64,000 nt of DNA. Origin: an uncultured Gammaproteobacteria bacterium. Its GTDB lineage: Bacteria > Patescibacteriota > Microgenomatia > PFEM01 > DATLAM01. The DNA lies in assembly GCA_964566925.1 (NCBI GenBank), contig CAZMIZ010000001.1, forward strand, positions 135,248-199,247, read 5' to 3'. This document shows, in pieces, positions 27,615-37,306 of the stretch. A program made the position numbers and the translations under genes. Below the pieces are notes generated by a model, which had not been told where the DNA came from, ran no database searches, and worked only from the letters and a program-made list of their open reading frames with translations. The first letter of the stretch is position 1. Every line of letters starts with the position of its first letter.

Positions 27615-28604
27615 ATGCGAATTTTGGGAATTGAAACCAGTTGCGACGAAACCGCCGCCGCAATAGTTGAAAGTCCTTCGACAAGCTCAGGATCAAAAAT
27701 TATTACTAATGTGGTTGCTTCTTCAATTGCCCTTCATCAAAAAACCGGCGGGATTATCCCTGAAGTAGCGGCCAGAGAGCAAATAAAGTCCATCATTCCA
27801 ATGGTTGAGGAAGCCATTAAAGAGGGACAAGAGATTGAAGCGATTGCTGTCACTGTTGGCCCAGGCTTGATTGGCTCACTTCTGGTGGGAGTCGAAACCG
27901 CCAAAACCCTAGCTTATGTTTGGCAAAAACCAATTATCCCGGTCAATCATCTCCAAGCTCATTTATACGCCAATTGGTTTAATAACCAGCCGCCACAATT
28001 CCCTGCCCTTGGCCTAGTCGTTTCCGGTGGACATACCGAGCTAGTTTTAATGAAAAGCCATAAAGAGATGAAATGGTTGGGTGGGACGCGTGATGATGCC
28101 GCCGGCGAATGCTTTGATAAAACTGCCCGGCATTTGGGTTTAGGCTATCCCGGCGGTCCAGAAATCGCCAAACTAGCTAAAAAAGGCAATCCCCAAGCCT
28201 ATGATTTACCTCGACCAATGATTAACCAAAAAAATTTAGATTTCTCCTTTGCTGGTCTGAAAACCGCAGTCATCAACCTCACCAAAAAAGAAAACAAGAT
28301 TAAAAGGATCGATTTAGCCGCTTCAATCCAGGCCGCGATTATTGACGTTTTAGTTAAGAAAGCTCTTCAAGCAGCCGAAAAACACCAGGTTAAAAGCGTT
28401 CTCCTTGCTGGTGGGGTGGCCGCCAACCAATATTTACGCAAAGAAATGAAAAAAAGCCTATCAACTCTCCACTCTAAACTCTATATTCCCGAACCAAACC
28501 TTTGTACTGACAACGCCACCTATATCGCTGGTTGCGCTTATTTCAATTACCAACCGCTTGCTTGGCCAAAAATTCAGGCTGATCCCGGAATGAAAATATG
28601 CTAG
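27615..28604 (+). CDS. tsaD: tRNA N6-threonylcarbamoyltransferase
   Basis: GIETSCDET, VNHLQAH, VSGGHT, DDAAGECFDK and CTDNA motifs. Confidence 0.95.
   Translation: MRILGIETSCDETAAAIVESPSTSSGSKIITNVVASSIALHQKTGGIIPEVAAREQIKSIIPMVEEAIKEGQEIEAIAVTVGPGLIGSLLVGVETAKTLAYVWQKPIIPVNHLQAHLYANWFNNQPPQFPALGLVVSGGHTELVLMKSHKEMKWLGGTRDDAAGECFDKTARHLGLGYPGGPEIAKLAKKGNPQAYDLPRPMINQKNLDFSFAGLKTAVINLTKKENKIKRIDLAASIQAAIIDVLVKKALQAAEKHQVKSVLLAGGVAANQYLRKEMKKSLSTLHSKLYIPEPNLCTDNATYIAGCAYFNYQPLAWPKIQADPGMKIC
27674..27693. repeat. REP-like element in frame in tsaD
   Basis: TCCTTCGACAAGCTCAGGAT encoding SPSTSSG. Confidence 0.7.
28458..28485. repeat. degenerate 7-bp array in tsaD
   Basis: CTATCAA CTCTCCA CTCTAAA CTCTATA (LSTLHSKLY). 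Confidence 0.55.
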
Positions 28605-29254
28605 CTAAAGACATTACCTTGATCAACAAACCCAAAGGTATCTCTTCGGCTCAGGCAGTGACCATAATCAAAAAGAGGCTAGGGATCAAGAAAGCCGGCC
28701 ATGCCGGCACTTTGGATAAGGAAGCCTCAGGTTTATTAATTATTGGCCTAGGCAAAGGCACCAAAAAACTCTCCGATTATCAAAAACTACCTAAAGAATA
28801 TTGGGTTAAGATTAAATTGGGGGTTCAAACAGACACTGATGATCTTTCCGGAAGAGTAATTCAAAAAAAGTCAGTTAAAAACATTAGTTTGAAAAAAATT
28901 GAAAAAACTCTGAGAACTTTTTTAGGCAAACGAGAACAACTGCCTCCTGTTTATTCAGCCGTTAAAATCAAAGGCAAACCAGCTTACAAATTAGCCAGAA
29001 AAGGAAAAACGGTTAACCTTAAACCAAGAACAGTGGAGTTGATCGAGGCTGAAATAAAAAAATTTGAGCCTCCCTATCTGGTTTTAATAATCAAAACCAG
29101 TAAAGGCTTTTATGTTCGCAGTTTAGTTCGCGATCTCGGCGAAAAGCTTAGTTGCGGCGCGACCGTAGCCGCCCTTACTCGGACCGCTATTGGGCCATAT
29201 TTACTTTCTCGGGCTCAAGCAATCCTGGAAAAACCTGGCCAGTTTGAGAATTAA
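28598..29254 (+). CDS. truB: tRNA pseudouridine(55) synthase, short form
   Basis: INKPKG, GHAGTLD, PPVYSAVK, SKGFYVRSL and LTRTAIG motifs. Confidence 0.93.
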   Translation: MLAKDITLINKPKGISSAQAVTIIKKRLGIKKAGHAGTLDKEASGLLIIGLGKGTKKLSDYQKLPKEYWVKIKLGVQTDTDDLSGRVIQKKSVKNISLKKIEKTLRTFLGKREQLPPVYSAVKIKGKPAYKLARKGKTVNLKPRTVELIEAEIKKFEPPYLVLIIKTSKGFYVRSLVRDLGEKLSCGATVAALTRTAIGPYLLSRAQAILEKPGQFEN

Positions 29255-29278
29255 GCCCAGTTTAGGTATAATCAGGCT

Positions 29279-29479
29279 ATGTCTCACTTAGAAAGAAATC
29301 CGGGAATAACCTATTGCTTTAGTCATCCCCGTGAGGCACTGGTGGCAACCATGCTGAAGATTGGCGGTTCCTTACCTGAAGGACCAGGGGTTTCATTGGG
29401 CCGCAAAGAGGACAAAGAGTCTGCTTGCCAGCTTAGTATTCCAGAATTGACCCAAGGGCTAGTTCATAGAAAAAAATGA
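29279..29479 (+). CDS. small hypothetical protein coupled to valS
   Basis: TATAAT 6 nt before the ATG; stop overlaps the valS start (ATGA). Confidence 0.4.
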   Translation: MSHLERNPGITYCFSHPREALVATMLKIGGSLPEGPGVSLGRKEDKESACQLSIPELTQGLVHRKK

Positions 29480-31710
29480 AAAAAGCCTATCAGCCCCAAA
29501 AAACTGAACCAGAAATCTATCGCCTTTGGGAAAAAAGCGGTTATTTTACGCCCAAAAAAGATCCCAAAAAAAAGCCCTTTTCCATTCTTCTTCCTCTCCC
29601 TAATGCTAACGATCCCCTCCATGTAGGTCACGCTCTTTTTACGATCCAAGATATCCTGATCCGCTACCACCGGATGCTGGGTGATCCGTCCCTCTGGCTT
29701 CCTGGCGGTGATCATGCAGGCATTGAAACCCAGTTTGTTTTTGAAAAGGAGTTAACCAAAAAAGGCAAAAGTCGTTTTGATTTTGATCGGAAAACCCTTT
29801 ATCAAATGATCGTCAAGTTTACCGAGAAAAACAAAGACATTAACAAAGAACAATTAAAAAGAATGGGGTTTTCTTTAGATTGGACCAGATATCACTATAG
29901 TCTTGAGCCAGAAATTTTAAAAACTGTTTTGAATACTTTTAGACAGTTACATCAAGATGGACTGGTTTATCGCGGCGAGCGAATTGTTAATTTCTGCCCT
30001 CATTGCGGCACCGCTTTTTCCAATCTTGAGGTTAAATATAAAGAGGAAAAAGGGCGGCTTTATTTTCTTGATTATGGCCTCCTCCAGGTGGCCACCACCA
30101 GACCAGAAACAATTTTTGCTGACGTGGCGGTTGCCGTTAATCCCAAAGACAAGAGGTTTAAGGAGTTAGTTGGCCAAAAAGCAACTATCCCTTTAATTAA
30201 TAAAAAAGTGCCGATTATTGAAGACCACTTAGTGGACATTAAGTTCGGCACCGGTGCCCTAAAAATCACCCCTGGTCACGATCCAACCGACTTTGAAATC
30301 GGCCAAAAACACCAGCTCCCCATCATCAAAGTGATTGACACCAATGGTAAAATGATTAATCTGCCGAAAAAATATCTAGGCCTGGGCATCAACCAGGCGA
30401 GGAAAACCACTCTGGGTGGCTTGGAAAAAGAAGGCAAGCTAGTTAAAACCGAATCCTTCGAACATTCAGTTGGTTATTGTTATCGCTGTGGAACGACCAT
30501 CGAGCCCCTCACCATGCCTCAATGGTTTATTAAGATGAAACCCTTAGCTAAGCCGGCGATTGAGGTTGTTAAAAAAGGTAAAACTAAAATTGTCCCCAAG
30601 AAGCGGTTTGAAAAAATGTACTTTGACTGGCTGGAAAACATTCAGGACTGGAACATCAGCCGCCAAATTGTTTGGGGGCCCAGGATTCCAGCTTGGTATT
30701 GCCTGGAGTGTAATCCAGAAATCACCGTTAATTTTATTGATAAAAAGGGCAAAAAGGTCTCAGGAAAATATCGGGACTTGAAGAGCCAGTATGCTCTGGC
30801 TGAAATTGAAAAGGGATTGCAAAGTTTAACGGCTCCGATCAAAGCAGACTATTCTTTGGAAGAAAAGCGATGCCTAAAATGTGGCAACCAGCACCTTCTT
30901 CAAGAAACCGACACTTTTGATACTTGGTTCCTTTCCTGCCAATGGCCACTGACCACTTTAGGCTATCCTGATAAAAGCGACTTTAAATATTTCTATCCCA
31001 CCTCTGTTCTGGATACACTATGGGATATTCTTTTCTTCTGGGTGGCCCGGATGATGATTTTTGGCCTTTATTTAGCCAAAAACGTCCCTTTCAAAGTCAT
31101 CCACCTTCACGCTCGGGTGGTAGATCAACATGGCCAGAAGATGAGCAAAAGCAAAGGTAATGTTCTTAATCCGATGACCATGATCGAAAAATATGGCGCT
31201 GATGCCCTGAGGATGGCTTTAGTCATTGGTGTTTCGCCGGGCAGCGATATCGCCCTCTCTGATGATAAAGTTCGAGCGATGCGCAACTTTGGAAATAAAA
31301 TCTGGAATATCGGCCGGTTTATTCTCTTAAACCTTAAATCATCTAAACAGAAAGTGCCCTTTTATTCCCCTGAAATGAAGTCGCGGTTAACCAAGGAAGA
31401 CCAGAAAATTATCATGGAGTCAAACCAATTGATTAAGAAAACCAGTCTGTTCCTTAGTCGCTATCGGTTTGATCTAGCTGCCGATCAGATTTATCATTTT
31501 CTTTGGCATCGATTTGCCGATGAGTATCTTGAATCTTCTAAGAAGCGAATTAAGGAGGGCGACCTGGTGGTTCTTTCGGTTTTGCGCCATGTCTACCTTA
31601 ATAGTTTAAAGCTTCTTCATCCTTTTATGCCTTTTATCACTGAGGCAATTTGGCAGAAATTTCCCCGTAAATTTGATCAACCGCTAATCATCTCTAAATG
31701 GCCAAGGTAA
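29476..31710 (+). CDS. valS: valine--tRNA ligase (no C-terminal coiled coil)
   Basis: PNANDPLHVGH, DHAGIETQ, TTRPET, DWNISRQ, DTWF and KMSKS motifs. Confidence 0.95.
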   Translation: MKKAYQPQKTEPEIYRLWEKSGYFTPKKDPKKKPFSILLPLPNANDPLHVGHALFTIQDILIRYHRMLGDPSLWLPGGDHAGIETQFVFEKELTKKGKSRFDFDRKTLYQMIVKFTEKNKDINKEQLKRMGFSLDWTRYHYSLEPEILKTVLNTFRQLHQDGLVYRGERIVNFCPHCGTAFSNLEVKYKEEKGRLYFLDYGLLQVATTRPETIFADVAVAVNPKDKRFKELVGQKATIPLINKKVPIIEDHLVDIKFGTGALKITPGHDPTDFEIGQKHQLPIIKVIDTNGKMINLPKKYLGLGINQARKTTLGGLEKEGKLVKTESFEHSVGYCYRCGTTIEPLTMPQWFIKMKPLAKPAIEVVKKGKTKIVPKKRFEKMYFDWLENIQDWNISRQIVWGPRIPAWYCLECNPEITVNFIDKKGKKVSGKYRDLKSQYALAEIEKGLQSLTAPIKADYSLEEKRCLKCGNQHLLQETDTFDTWFLSCQWPLTTLGYPDKSDFKYFYPTSVLDTLWDILFFWVARMMIFGLYLAKNVPFKVIHLHARVVDQHGQKMSKSKGNVLNPMTMIEKYGADALRMALVIGVSPGSDIALSDDKVRAMRNFGNKIWNIGRFILLNLKSSKQKVPFYSPEMKSRLTKEDQKIIMESNQLIKKTSLFLSRYRFDLAADQIYHFLWHRFADEYLESSKKRIKEGDLVVLSVLRHVYLNSLKLLHPFMPFITEAIWQKFPRKFDQPLIISKWPR

Positions 31711-32294
31711 AAAAAGACACTAGGATATTAAGATATAAGGAGATTCCGAGTAGGATTAGGCCGTGGCTGGAAAACAGAACCGCCACCGCCAGAAAGGTGG
31801 TCGAACATCCGGCAGCCAGAGCCGGGGCTCGTTTCGGTGGTCCGGCTGGGGTCGCCTTCTTGGTTTTTTTAGCAATCTCTTTTCTTTTTCTTCCTAAAGA
31901 TAAGTTCCAATTAGCCAAAGAGCGACTCATTAAAAATCCAGATGATTTTGAAGCCCACCTGATTCTTGCCGAAGAATACCTTGAGAATAATCAGGTTGAG
32001 GAAGCAGAAAAAGAGCTTCTGTTGGCCCAAGGAAATACTGACGAATCAGGCTTAAAATGGAAAGCACTTTGGCAAAAAAAACAAACAGTCAAACCCGAAG
32101 ATCTTCAAGAACTAATTAAAAAATGGGGAGAAATCGTAGCTGAAAAGCCTGATTATCGCGACGGCTATCTTCAACTGGCTTTTCTCCACTATAAACTTTT
32201 TGAAAACGAAAAAGCAAAAGAATATTTGGCAAAGGCCTTAGCGATTGATCCCAACCTTGAAGTAGCTAGAGAATTAGAGAAGCTCCTCCAGTAA
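31698..32294 (+). CDS. TPR-repeat membrane-anchored protein
   Basis: One TM, then AHLILA..Y and PDYRDGYLQLA..AKALAIDPN TPR patterns. Confidence 0.75.
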   Translation: MAKVKKDTRILRYKEIPSRIRPWLENRTATARKVVEHPAARAGARFGGPAGVAFLVFLAISFLFLPKDKFQLAKERLIKNPDDFEAHLILAEEYLENNQVEEAEKELLLAQGNTDESGLKWKALWQKKQTVKPEDLQELIKKWGEIVAEKPDYRDGYLQLAFLHYKLFENEKAKEYLAKALAIDPNLEVARELEKLLQ

Positions 32295-32296
32295 GG

Positions 32297-33511
32297 CTAT
32301 TTAATTTCCATCTCGACGGTACCTTTAAAATTAATCTTCCATTGGCTAATTTTCGGATTAGTCCAATCCCCTTTCTCCCCAGCCACCCTTTTTTCGAAAA
32401 AAATCTCTTCGTTCTCTGCTTTGATTAGAGGATAATCTGTTTCTTCATCGGCTTGCTTCAGGAGCCAATATTTCTCCGCACTAGCATCAAAAGCAGCTAA
32501 ACTAACCCCTTCACCTCCTTCATATGGTCTTTCCGGCCCCACCTTTTCTGGTGCATTAAGGACTAACCGATGGCCATCAAGCCAAATCACTTTGCCATAT
32601 TCAGAAAGGTTGGCAATTGTTCTCTCGTCTTCTAAGTTAACAATCTCTAATTCTCCCAACAAACCAATCCCCTGGCTAATTGCCAAATATTGATTATTAA
32701 AAGAAGAGTAAAGTCGGCGAGCCGGGCCGCCATCTGGCCACTGGTATTCCCTTAAAACTCGCTCCTGGCCTTCTTTATCAACCAGAATTACTTTGGTAAC
32801 ATCGCCTTCTTTGTCGATTCTAAAAGAGATTTGTTTTTCATCGGATGTTAAAAACTTAAAAGTGGAAAGCATGAGATCAAAAATTTCTGCATATCCTTCG
32901 TTGTTTAAGTCGTCCTTATATTCCAAAACAATATGGTTAACCTCGCCTTCTTCTGGGAACACAATTAGCTCATAAAGGTTCGTATAAACTTCCTTGGTCA
33001 CCGCTAATCCCCCAACCGTTATAGATTCCGTTCCGGAAGGTTCTACTTGGGGGACTTTCGGAATAGCATTCCCTGAATAGATGCTCAGACTATTAAGATC
33101 TTTTTCAAAATTAACAATTCCTTGAGGCGTCTGTTCGTCGAGGTGTAAAATCCAATCACTGGGATGTTTGATTAAATAGCCATATTCAGAATTAACGTAG
33201 GTCTGCCAACTGGCGGTCGGATTCGGGGTCACGGTGGCTAACAATCCTGGAGTTGGAGTCAGATGAGGCTGAACGGAGGACCGAAACCAAATGCGGCCCC
33301 ACCAATAAGCGCGGGTGGCCACATTAACTAGAGCCCAAACAACTAGCAGGCCAATTAAGCCGAAAAAAATCTTTTGATGATGAAATTTAATTTGGCGGAT
33401 AATTTTACCAACTAAGCCTCTTTCCTCGATTTCCACTTCCGGAGGGACAGTTTGTTCATTAAGATTAGAAGTTTCCTGATGGGACGGTGACTCAGGCTTT
33501 TCTTCGGCCAT
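32297..33511 (-). CDS. membrane-anchored exported protein with PsbP-like domain
   Basis: TM, PTPT linker, WQTYVNSEYGYLIKHPSDW...FDLMLSTFKF, then a beta-rich domain. Confidence 0.65.
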   Translation of the reverse strand: MAEEKPESPSHQETSNLNEQTVPPEVEIEERGLVGKIIRQIKFHHQKIFFGLIGLLVVWALVNVATRAYWWGRIWFRSSVQPHLTPTPGLLATVTPNPTASWQTYVNSEYGYLIKHPSDWILHLDEQTPQGIVNFEKDLNSLSIYSGNAIPKVPQVEPSGTESITVGGLAVTKEVYTNLYELIVFPEEGEVNHIVLEYKDDLNNEGYAEIFDLMLSTFKFLTSDEKQISFRIDKEGDVTKVILVDKEGQERVLREYQWPDGGPARRLYSSFNNQYLAISQGIGLLGELEIVNLEDERTIANLSEYGKVIWLDGHRLVLNAPEKVGPERPYEGGEGVSLAAFDASAEKYWLLKQADEETDYPLIKAENEEIFFEKRVAGEKGDWTNPKISQWKINFKGTVEMEIK

Positions 33512-33521
33512 CAAGCCAATT

Positions 33522-34277
33522 TTACTTTTCTTTTCCTGCCTTTGCAACCTTCTTTTCGGGGGATGGTTTCTTCGGTCTCTTTTCCTCAGGCGAGGTTTCA
33601 GCTTCTTTTTTCTCAGCTGGTTTTTCTTCTTTTTCCTCTGGTTTTGTCTCTTCGGCAGCCTCTTCTGGAGGAGCCTCTTCTGAGGGGGCTACTTCTTCCT
33701 CTTCGGCCGGAGGTTCAACTTTAACTAAAATCTGTTTGGCAGCGGTTAAGATCTCCACTCCCTCTGGAACTTTAAGATCACCGACAGTAACGGCATCATC
33801 AATTTCCTTCAGTCCGGTAACGTTAACCTCAAATTTATCAGGGAGCTCGGTTGGCAGGGCTTCTACTTCAACCTCAACTAAAGGTTGAATCAAGATTCCG
33901 CCTTTTTCTTTAACCGCGGCTGATTCGCCAGTAATCTCCACTGGAACCTCAGTCGTTACTTTTTGTTTAAGGTCAACCTGATAAAAATCAGCGTGGAGGG
34001 GTTGATCCGTCACCGGATCAAGCTGAACATTATGAATCAGAACTGGCCGAGCCTTAGTTTCACCCTTAAGATCTAAATTGACAATCCCTGTCTCCCCTGC
34101 CTCTTGATAAACCGGCAAAAAAGTTTTTAGATCAAGCTGAACCGCACAGGATTTTACCTTCTTACCATAAATATTGGCTGGCAAAATCTCTTTTCGGCGG
34201 AGCTGATTCACCTTTCGGCCGGCCACCTTCCGTTTTTCTGCTTTTAGCTTGGGTGTTTCTTTTTTTACTTTAGCCAC
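33522..34277 (-). CDS. rplY: 50S ribosomal protein L25/Ctc
   Basis: LRRKEILPANIYG and QPLHADFYQV; acidic tail; GTG start. Confidence 0.93.
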   Translation of the reverse strand: MAKVKKETPKLKAEKRKVAGRKVNQLRRKEILPANIYGKKVKSCAVQLDLKTFLPVYQEAGETGIVNLDLKGETKARPVLIHNVQLDPVTDQPLHADFYQVDLKQKVTTEVPVEITGESAAVKEKGGILIQPLVEVEVEALPTELPDKFEVNVTGLKEIDDAVTVGDLKVPEGVEILTAAKQILVKVEPPAEEEEVAPSEEAPPEEAAEETKPEEKEEKPAEKKEAETSPEEKRPKKPSPEKKVAKAGKEK

Positions 34278-34299
34278 AATGTTTCGTATCTTATCAGCT

Positions 34300-37194
34300 T
34301 CACTTAGCAAAATCAACCCTGAAGACCAGATCTCGGTTTAAAATTGGGTTGAAAAACAAAGTCTGTTGAGCTAGATTAGCTGATGGATAAGCCTTAAGAG
34401 GAGTGACGCTCGAGGGATAATTCAGCCAAAAATTAAAAGAATCTTGACTGCTACCAGATTGTCTTTGGATTAAAAGAAGATAGGTTGTTTTTGTCCTTGT
34501 CCAATCCATTTTCTTCCCAAGCTGATAGGTCACTTGAACTTTTTTCTTTTCTTTGATCGGCACCTCCACTAAAAATCCAAAAATCGTCTTTCCACTACTT
34601 TCTTTGACGTCAATCTTTTTCTCCCCTAGCGGCCTACCGTCAAAAGCCACTTGTTTAAGAATGGTCTCTTTAGGTAAATAGAGGCGAAGATAGTTTTTAT
34701 ATTGACCGGCGGGGAAATTTTCTGAAGGACTTTCGTTTTGATAAATAATTTGTAATGTCGCCTCAACTGTTCCGTCATCGGCAAGATTGACTTTATGGGT
34801 TAATTCTCTTTTAACAAAATAATTAACCTTGTTGACCCCAAAATTTGTTTCAACGATCATCAAATAATCGGCGAAGCAGGTTGTCTCTGGAATCTGGCAT
34901 TTAACCTCTTTGATCCCGCCATCCCATCCTAATTGACCCATTGTTTCGGCGGCTTTCTGATCGTGGAGATAGACCAAAAGATCTTTCTCGGAAAGACTGT
35001 TATAAACAGCCTTCCCAAGAAGGTACCAGTCAGACCTATGGCTATTTCTTACTCGGTCAAATAGAATCCGGGTGAGACTACCTAGAAAATCCTCTTTTTG
35101 GGTTGACCCCGGGAAAAAACCGACTTCTGCTTGATATTGGGCTCGTTCAAAAAAATTAACAGCGTTAATTTTTTCTTGATAATCTGGCAACTCTACTTCA
35201 CCGGCCACCTCTAAGATTTTACGAGCAAAATCGAGGTTAACCGCCAGGACACCGTCAACCGAACGACCAATTTCTTTTTCTAAAAACCACTCTGCTTTAA
35301 TCGCGCTGGTAGGAAAATCTGGATCAAAATTACTGTCCCGCAAATACCAGCCGGCTTCGCCTAAATATTTTTTAATTTCCGGGGGCGGCTCAACGTGACC
35401 TTTTAGTTGACCGTCAGCCGTGTAGACGTTCTGAACTTCAAAATCAATAAAATGGCCGTTTTCAAAAGTGACGAGAGCAAAAGAGCCAATAAAACCTCCG
35501 GTAGGCCGAAGTTCCATGTTATTTTGAAAAAGAACTAAATAAGTCCGCTTCTCTCTGACAGCAATCAATTCCGGTAGAATCTCTATGCCCTCTCTGGCTT
35601 CCAAGATCAGCGACCTTAATTGAGAAATTCGGCCTGTCAAATCTGCCTCTATTTGATTTAAACCTAAAAGATCTCTAAATAAGGAGTCCACCGGCGCCTT
35701 TTCAAGCCCTGCTTGGATTTGAGAAAGATCGGCGTAAGCCAAGTCAAGTTCGGTTTTAATCTGGCCGGTTAACTTTTGGGTTTCGCCTTCTTGATTCTGA
35801 AAAATAATCGCTGCCACCTCTTCTCCTGCTTGAGCCGCTAGCCCACCATGGTGAATTGCTCCGGCTAAGTTTTGACCAATCCCTAAATCTCTTTCGGCAC
35901 TAATTTTGACTCCCTCAAGACCAATCAGGTCAAAAAACCATTCAAACTGGTCAATTCTTTTTCGGGCCCGAGTAAACGAATTTTGAGCAGAACTCGAATA
36001 ATCAAGGCCTCGCTCCGATTGGGCCGAAAGGAGAGCTTCCTCGGCTTGCTTCAACCGACGAACTCCCCAAAGACAATCAAAACCTAAACTTAAAAGCGGA
36101 CAGGAGAGGACGGTTAAAATTAGAAAAAAAGCGCCAAAGACCATTAGCCAGGATGGGTGAAATCTGGTCGATTTTATCTCCTTCTTCGGTTTAGGAAGTT
36201 TTTCAATCGCTGGCGTTTTCGTTTTCGCCTTCTTCAAAAAAGAAGCCAGAGTTTTCTCGATCCCCTCCTTCAATTCTACTTTCGGTTGCCAGCCAAGAAA
36301 TTTTTGAGAAGTCAAAAACTTTTCTTTTTCCAGAGGAAATTTTTCTTCGTTATCTCCAGGGACAAATTCAATCGAAAGTGAGCCTGATGATTGCTTCTGA
36401 AGTTCGTGAGCAAAAAAAAGGAGGGTTGTTTCCTTTATATCAGCTAAAGAAAAAATCCGGCCGCTAGACCCAGAAATAAACATTGCCCGCAGAAGACCTT
36501 CAACGATATCAGTTACAAAGGTGGGGTGGTATTGAATTTTTCCTTTCCCGGGAATTTTTAGAGGACCGCCAGCCAACACTTCTTTAATTAAGCTAACAAT
36601 TTTTGTTCCCGCCCCTAAGTTCATTCTTGGCCCATAAACTTGACCAAGACGAACAATCCGAGCATCAACTTGATATTTTTTGGAATATTCAAAGACCAGA
36701 TTTTCGGCAAACCGCTTGGCTTCATGATAACTAAACTGTCCTTGATAGTCCTTAAAACTTAAACCAGGAAGGGCGGCCGAATAAATATCAAAGGAGGAGA
36801 TCAGAAGAAACTTTGCTTTATCTTGACGGGCCAACTCCAGAAGGTTGGTTGTCCCGGCCGCATTTACTTTAAGAAGGTTGAGGGAGGTATCTTCTTGACC
36901 GAAGTAAGCCTCAATTCCGGCTAAATGAAACAGATAGTCAATTTTTGGCAACCTTTTTTCCAGGGGCTTAGTCAGGTCGTGCTTAATAAAAGTGAAGTTT
37001 TGGTGATGATAACACTTAGCCAAATTCTCTTTTTTCCCGGTGAGAAGATTATCAAGACAAATTACTTGACATCGCTGGGTTAACAGCGATTCACAAAGAT
37101 AAGAACCGATAAAGCCGGCGCCGCCGGCCACCAAACAAACTGGTTTTTGAGAAGAAGAATCCAGTTGATGAAAAGGTGAAACCTTCTTTTTCAT
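34300..37194 (-). CDS. NAD-dependent epimerase/decarboxylase-like domain fused via a TM to a DUF4012-like extracellular domain
   Basis: GGAGFIGS, YHEAKR and VYGPRM; then LFQNNMELRPTGGFIG and RDSNFDPDFP. Confidence 0.8.
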   Translation of the reverse strand: MKKKVSPFHQLDSSSQKPVCLVAGGAGFIGSYLCESLLTQRCQVICLDNLLTGKKENLAKCYHHQNFTFIKHDLTKPLEKRLPKIDYLFHLAGIEAYFGQEDTSLNLLKVNAAGTTNLLELARQDKAKFLLISSFDIYSAALPGLSFKDYQGQFSYHEAKRFAENLVFEYSKKYQVDARIVRLGQVYGPRMNLGAGTKIVSLIKEVLAGGPLKIPGKGKIQYHPTFVTDIVEGLLRAMFISGSSGRIFSLADIKETTLLFFAHELQKQSSGSLSIEFVPGDNEEKFPLEKEKFLTSQKFLGWQPKVELKEGIEKTLASFLKKAKTKTPAIEKLPKPKKEIKSTRFHPSWLMVFGAFFLILTVLSCPLLSLGFDCLWGVRRLKQAEEALLSAQSERGLDYSSSAQNSFTRARKRIDQFEWFFDLIGLEGVKISAERDLGIGQNLAGAIHHGGLAAQAGEEVAAIIFQNQEGETQKLTGQIKTELDLAYADLSQIQAGLEKAPVDSLFRDLLGLNQIEADLTGRISQLRSLILEAREGIEILPELIAVREKRTYLVLFQNNMELRPTGGFIGSFALVTFENGHFIDFEVQNVYTADGQLKGHVEPPPEIKKYLGEAGWYLRDSNFDPDFPTSAIKAEWFLEKEIGRSVDGVLAVNLDFARKILEVAGEVELPDYQEKINAVNFFERAQYQAEVGFFPGSTQKEDFLGSLTRILFDRVRNSHRSDWYLLGKAVYNSLSEKDLLVYLHDQKAAETMGQLGWDGGIKEVKCQIPETTCFADYLMIVETNFGVNKVNYFVKRELTHKVNLADDGTVEATLQIIYQNESPSENFPAGQYKNYLRLYLPKETILKQVAFDGRPLGEKKIDVKESSGKTIFGFLVEVPIKEKKKVQVTYQLGKKMDWTRTKTTYLLLIQRQSGSSQDSFNFWLNYPSSVTPLKAYPSANLAQQTLFFNPILNRDLVFRVDFAK

Positions 37195-37306
37195 TAGGGC
37201 AGTCTTCCAAGACTCATCTTACCCTAAACGACTGGTTGTTTCAACCAAAGACCGATAGTAATTAATTATAAACATGAAAAGGAAAACAGTGGAGAAAAGG
37301 TGGATA

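Noticed and set aside
34886-34903. Possible further heptamer arrays (TCTGGAA TCTGGCA here; GATTTCA AATTTCT in dnaN near 45177)
   Set aside because: Only two units each, which is indistinguishable from chance.
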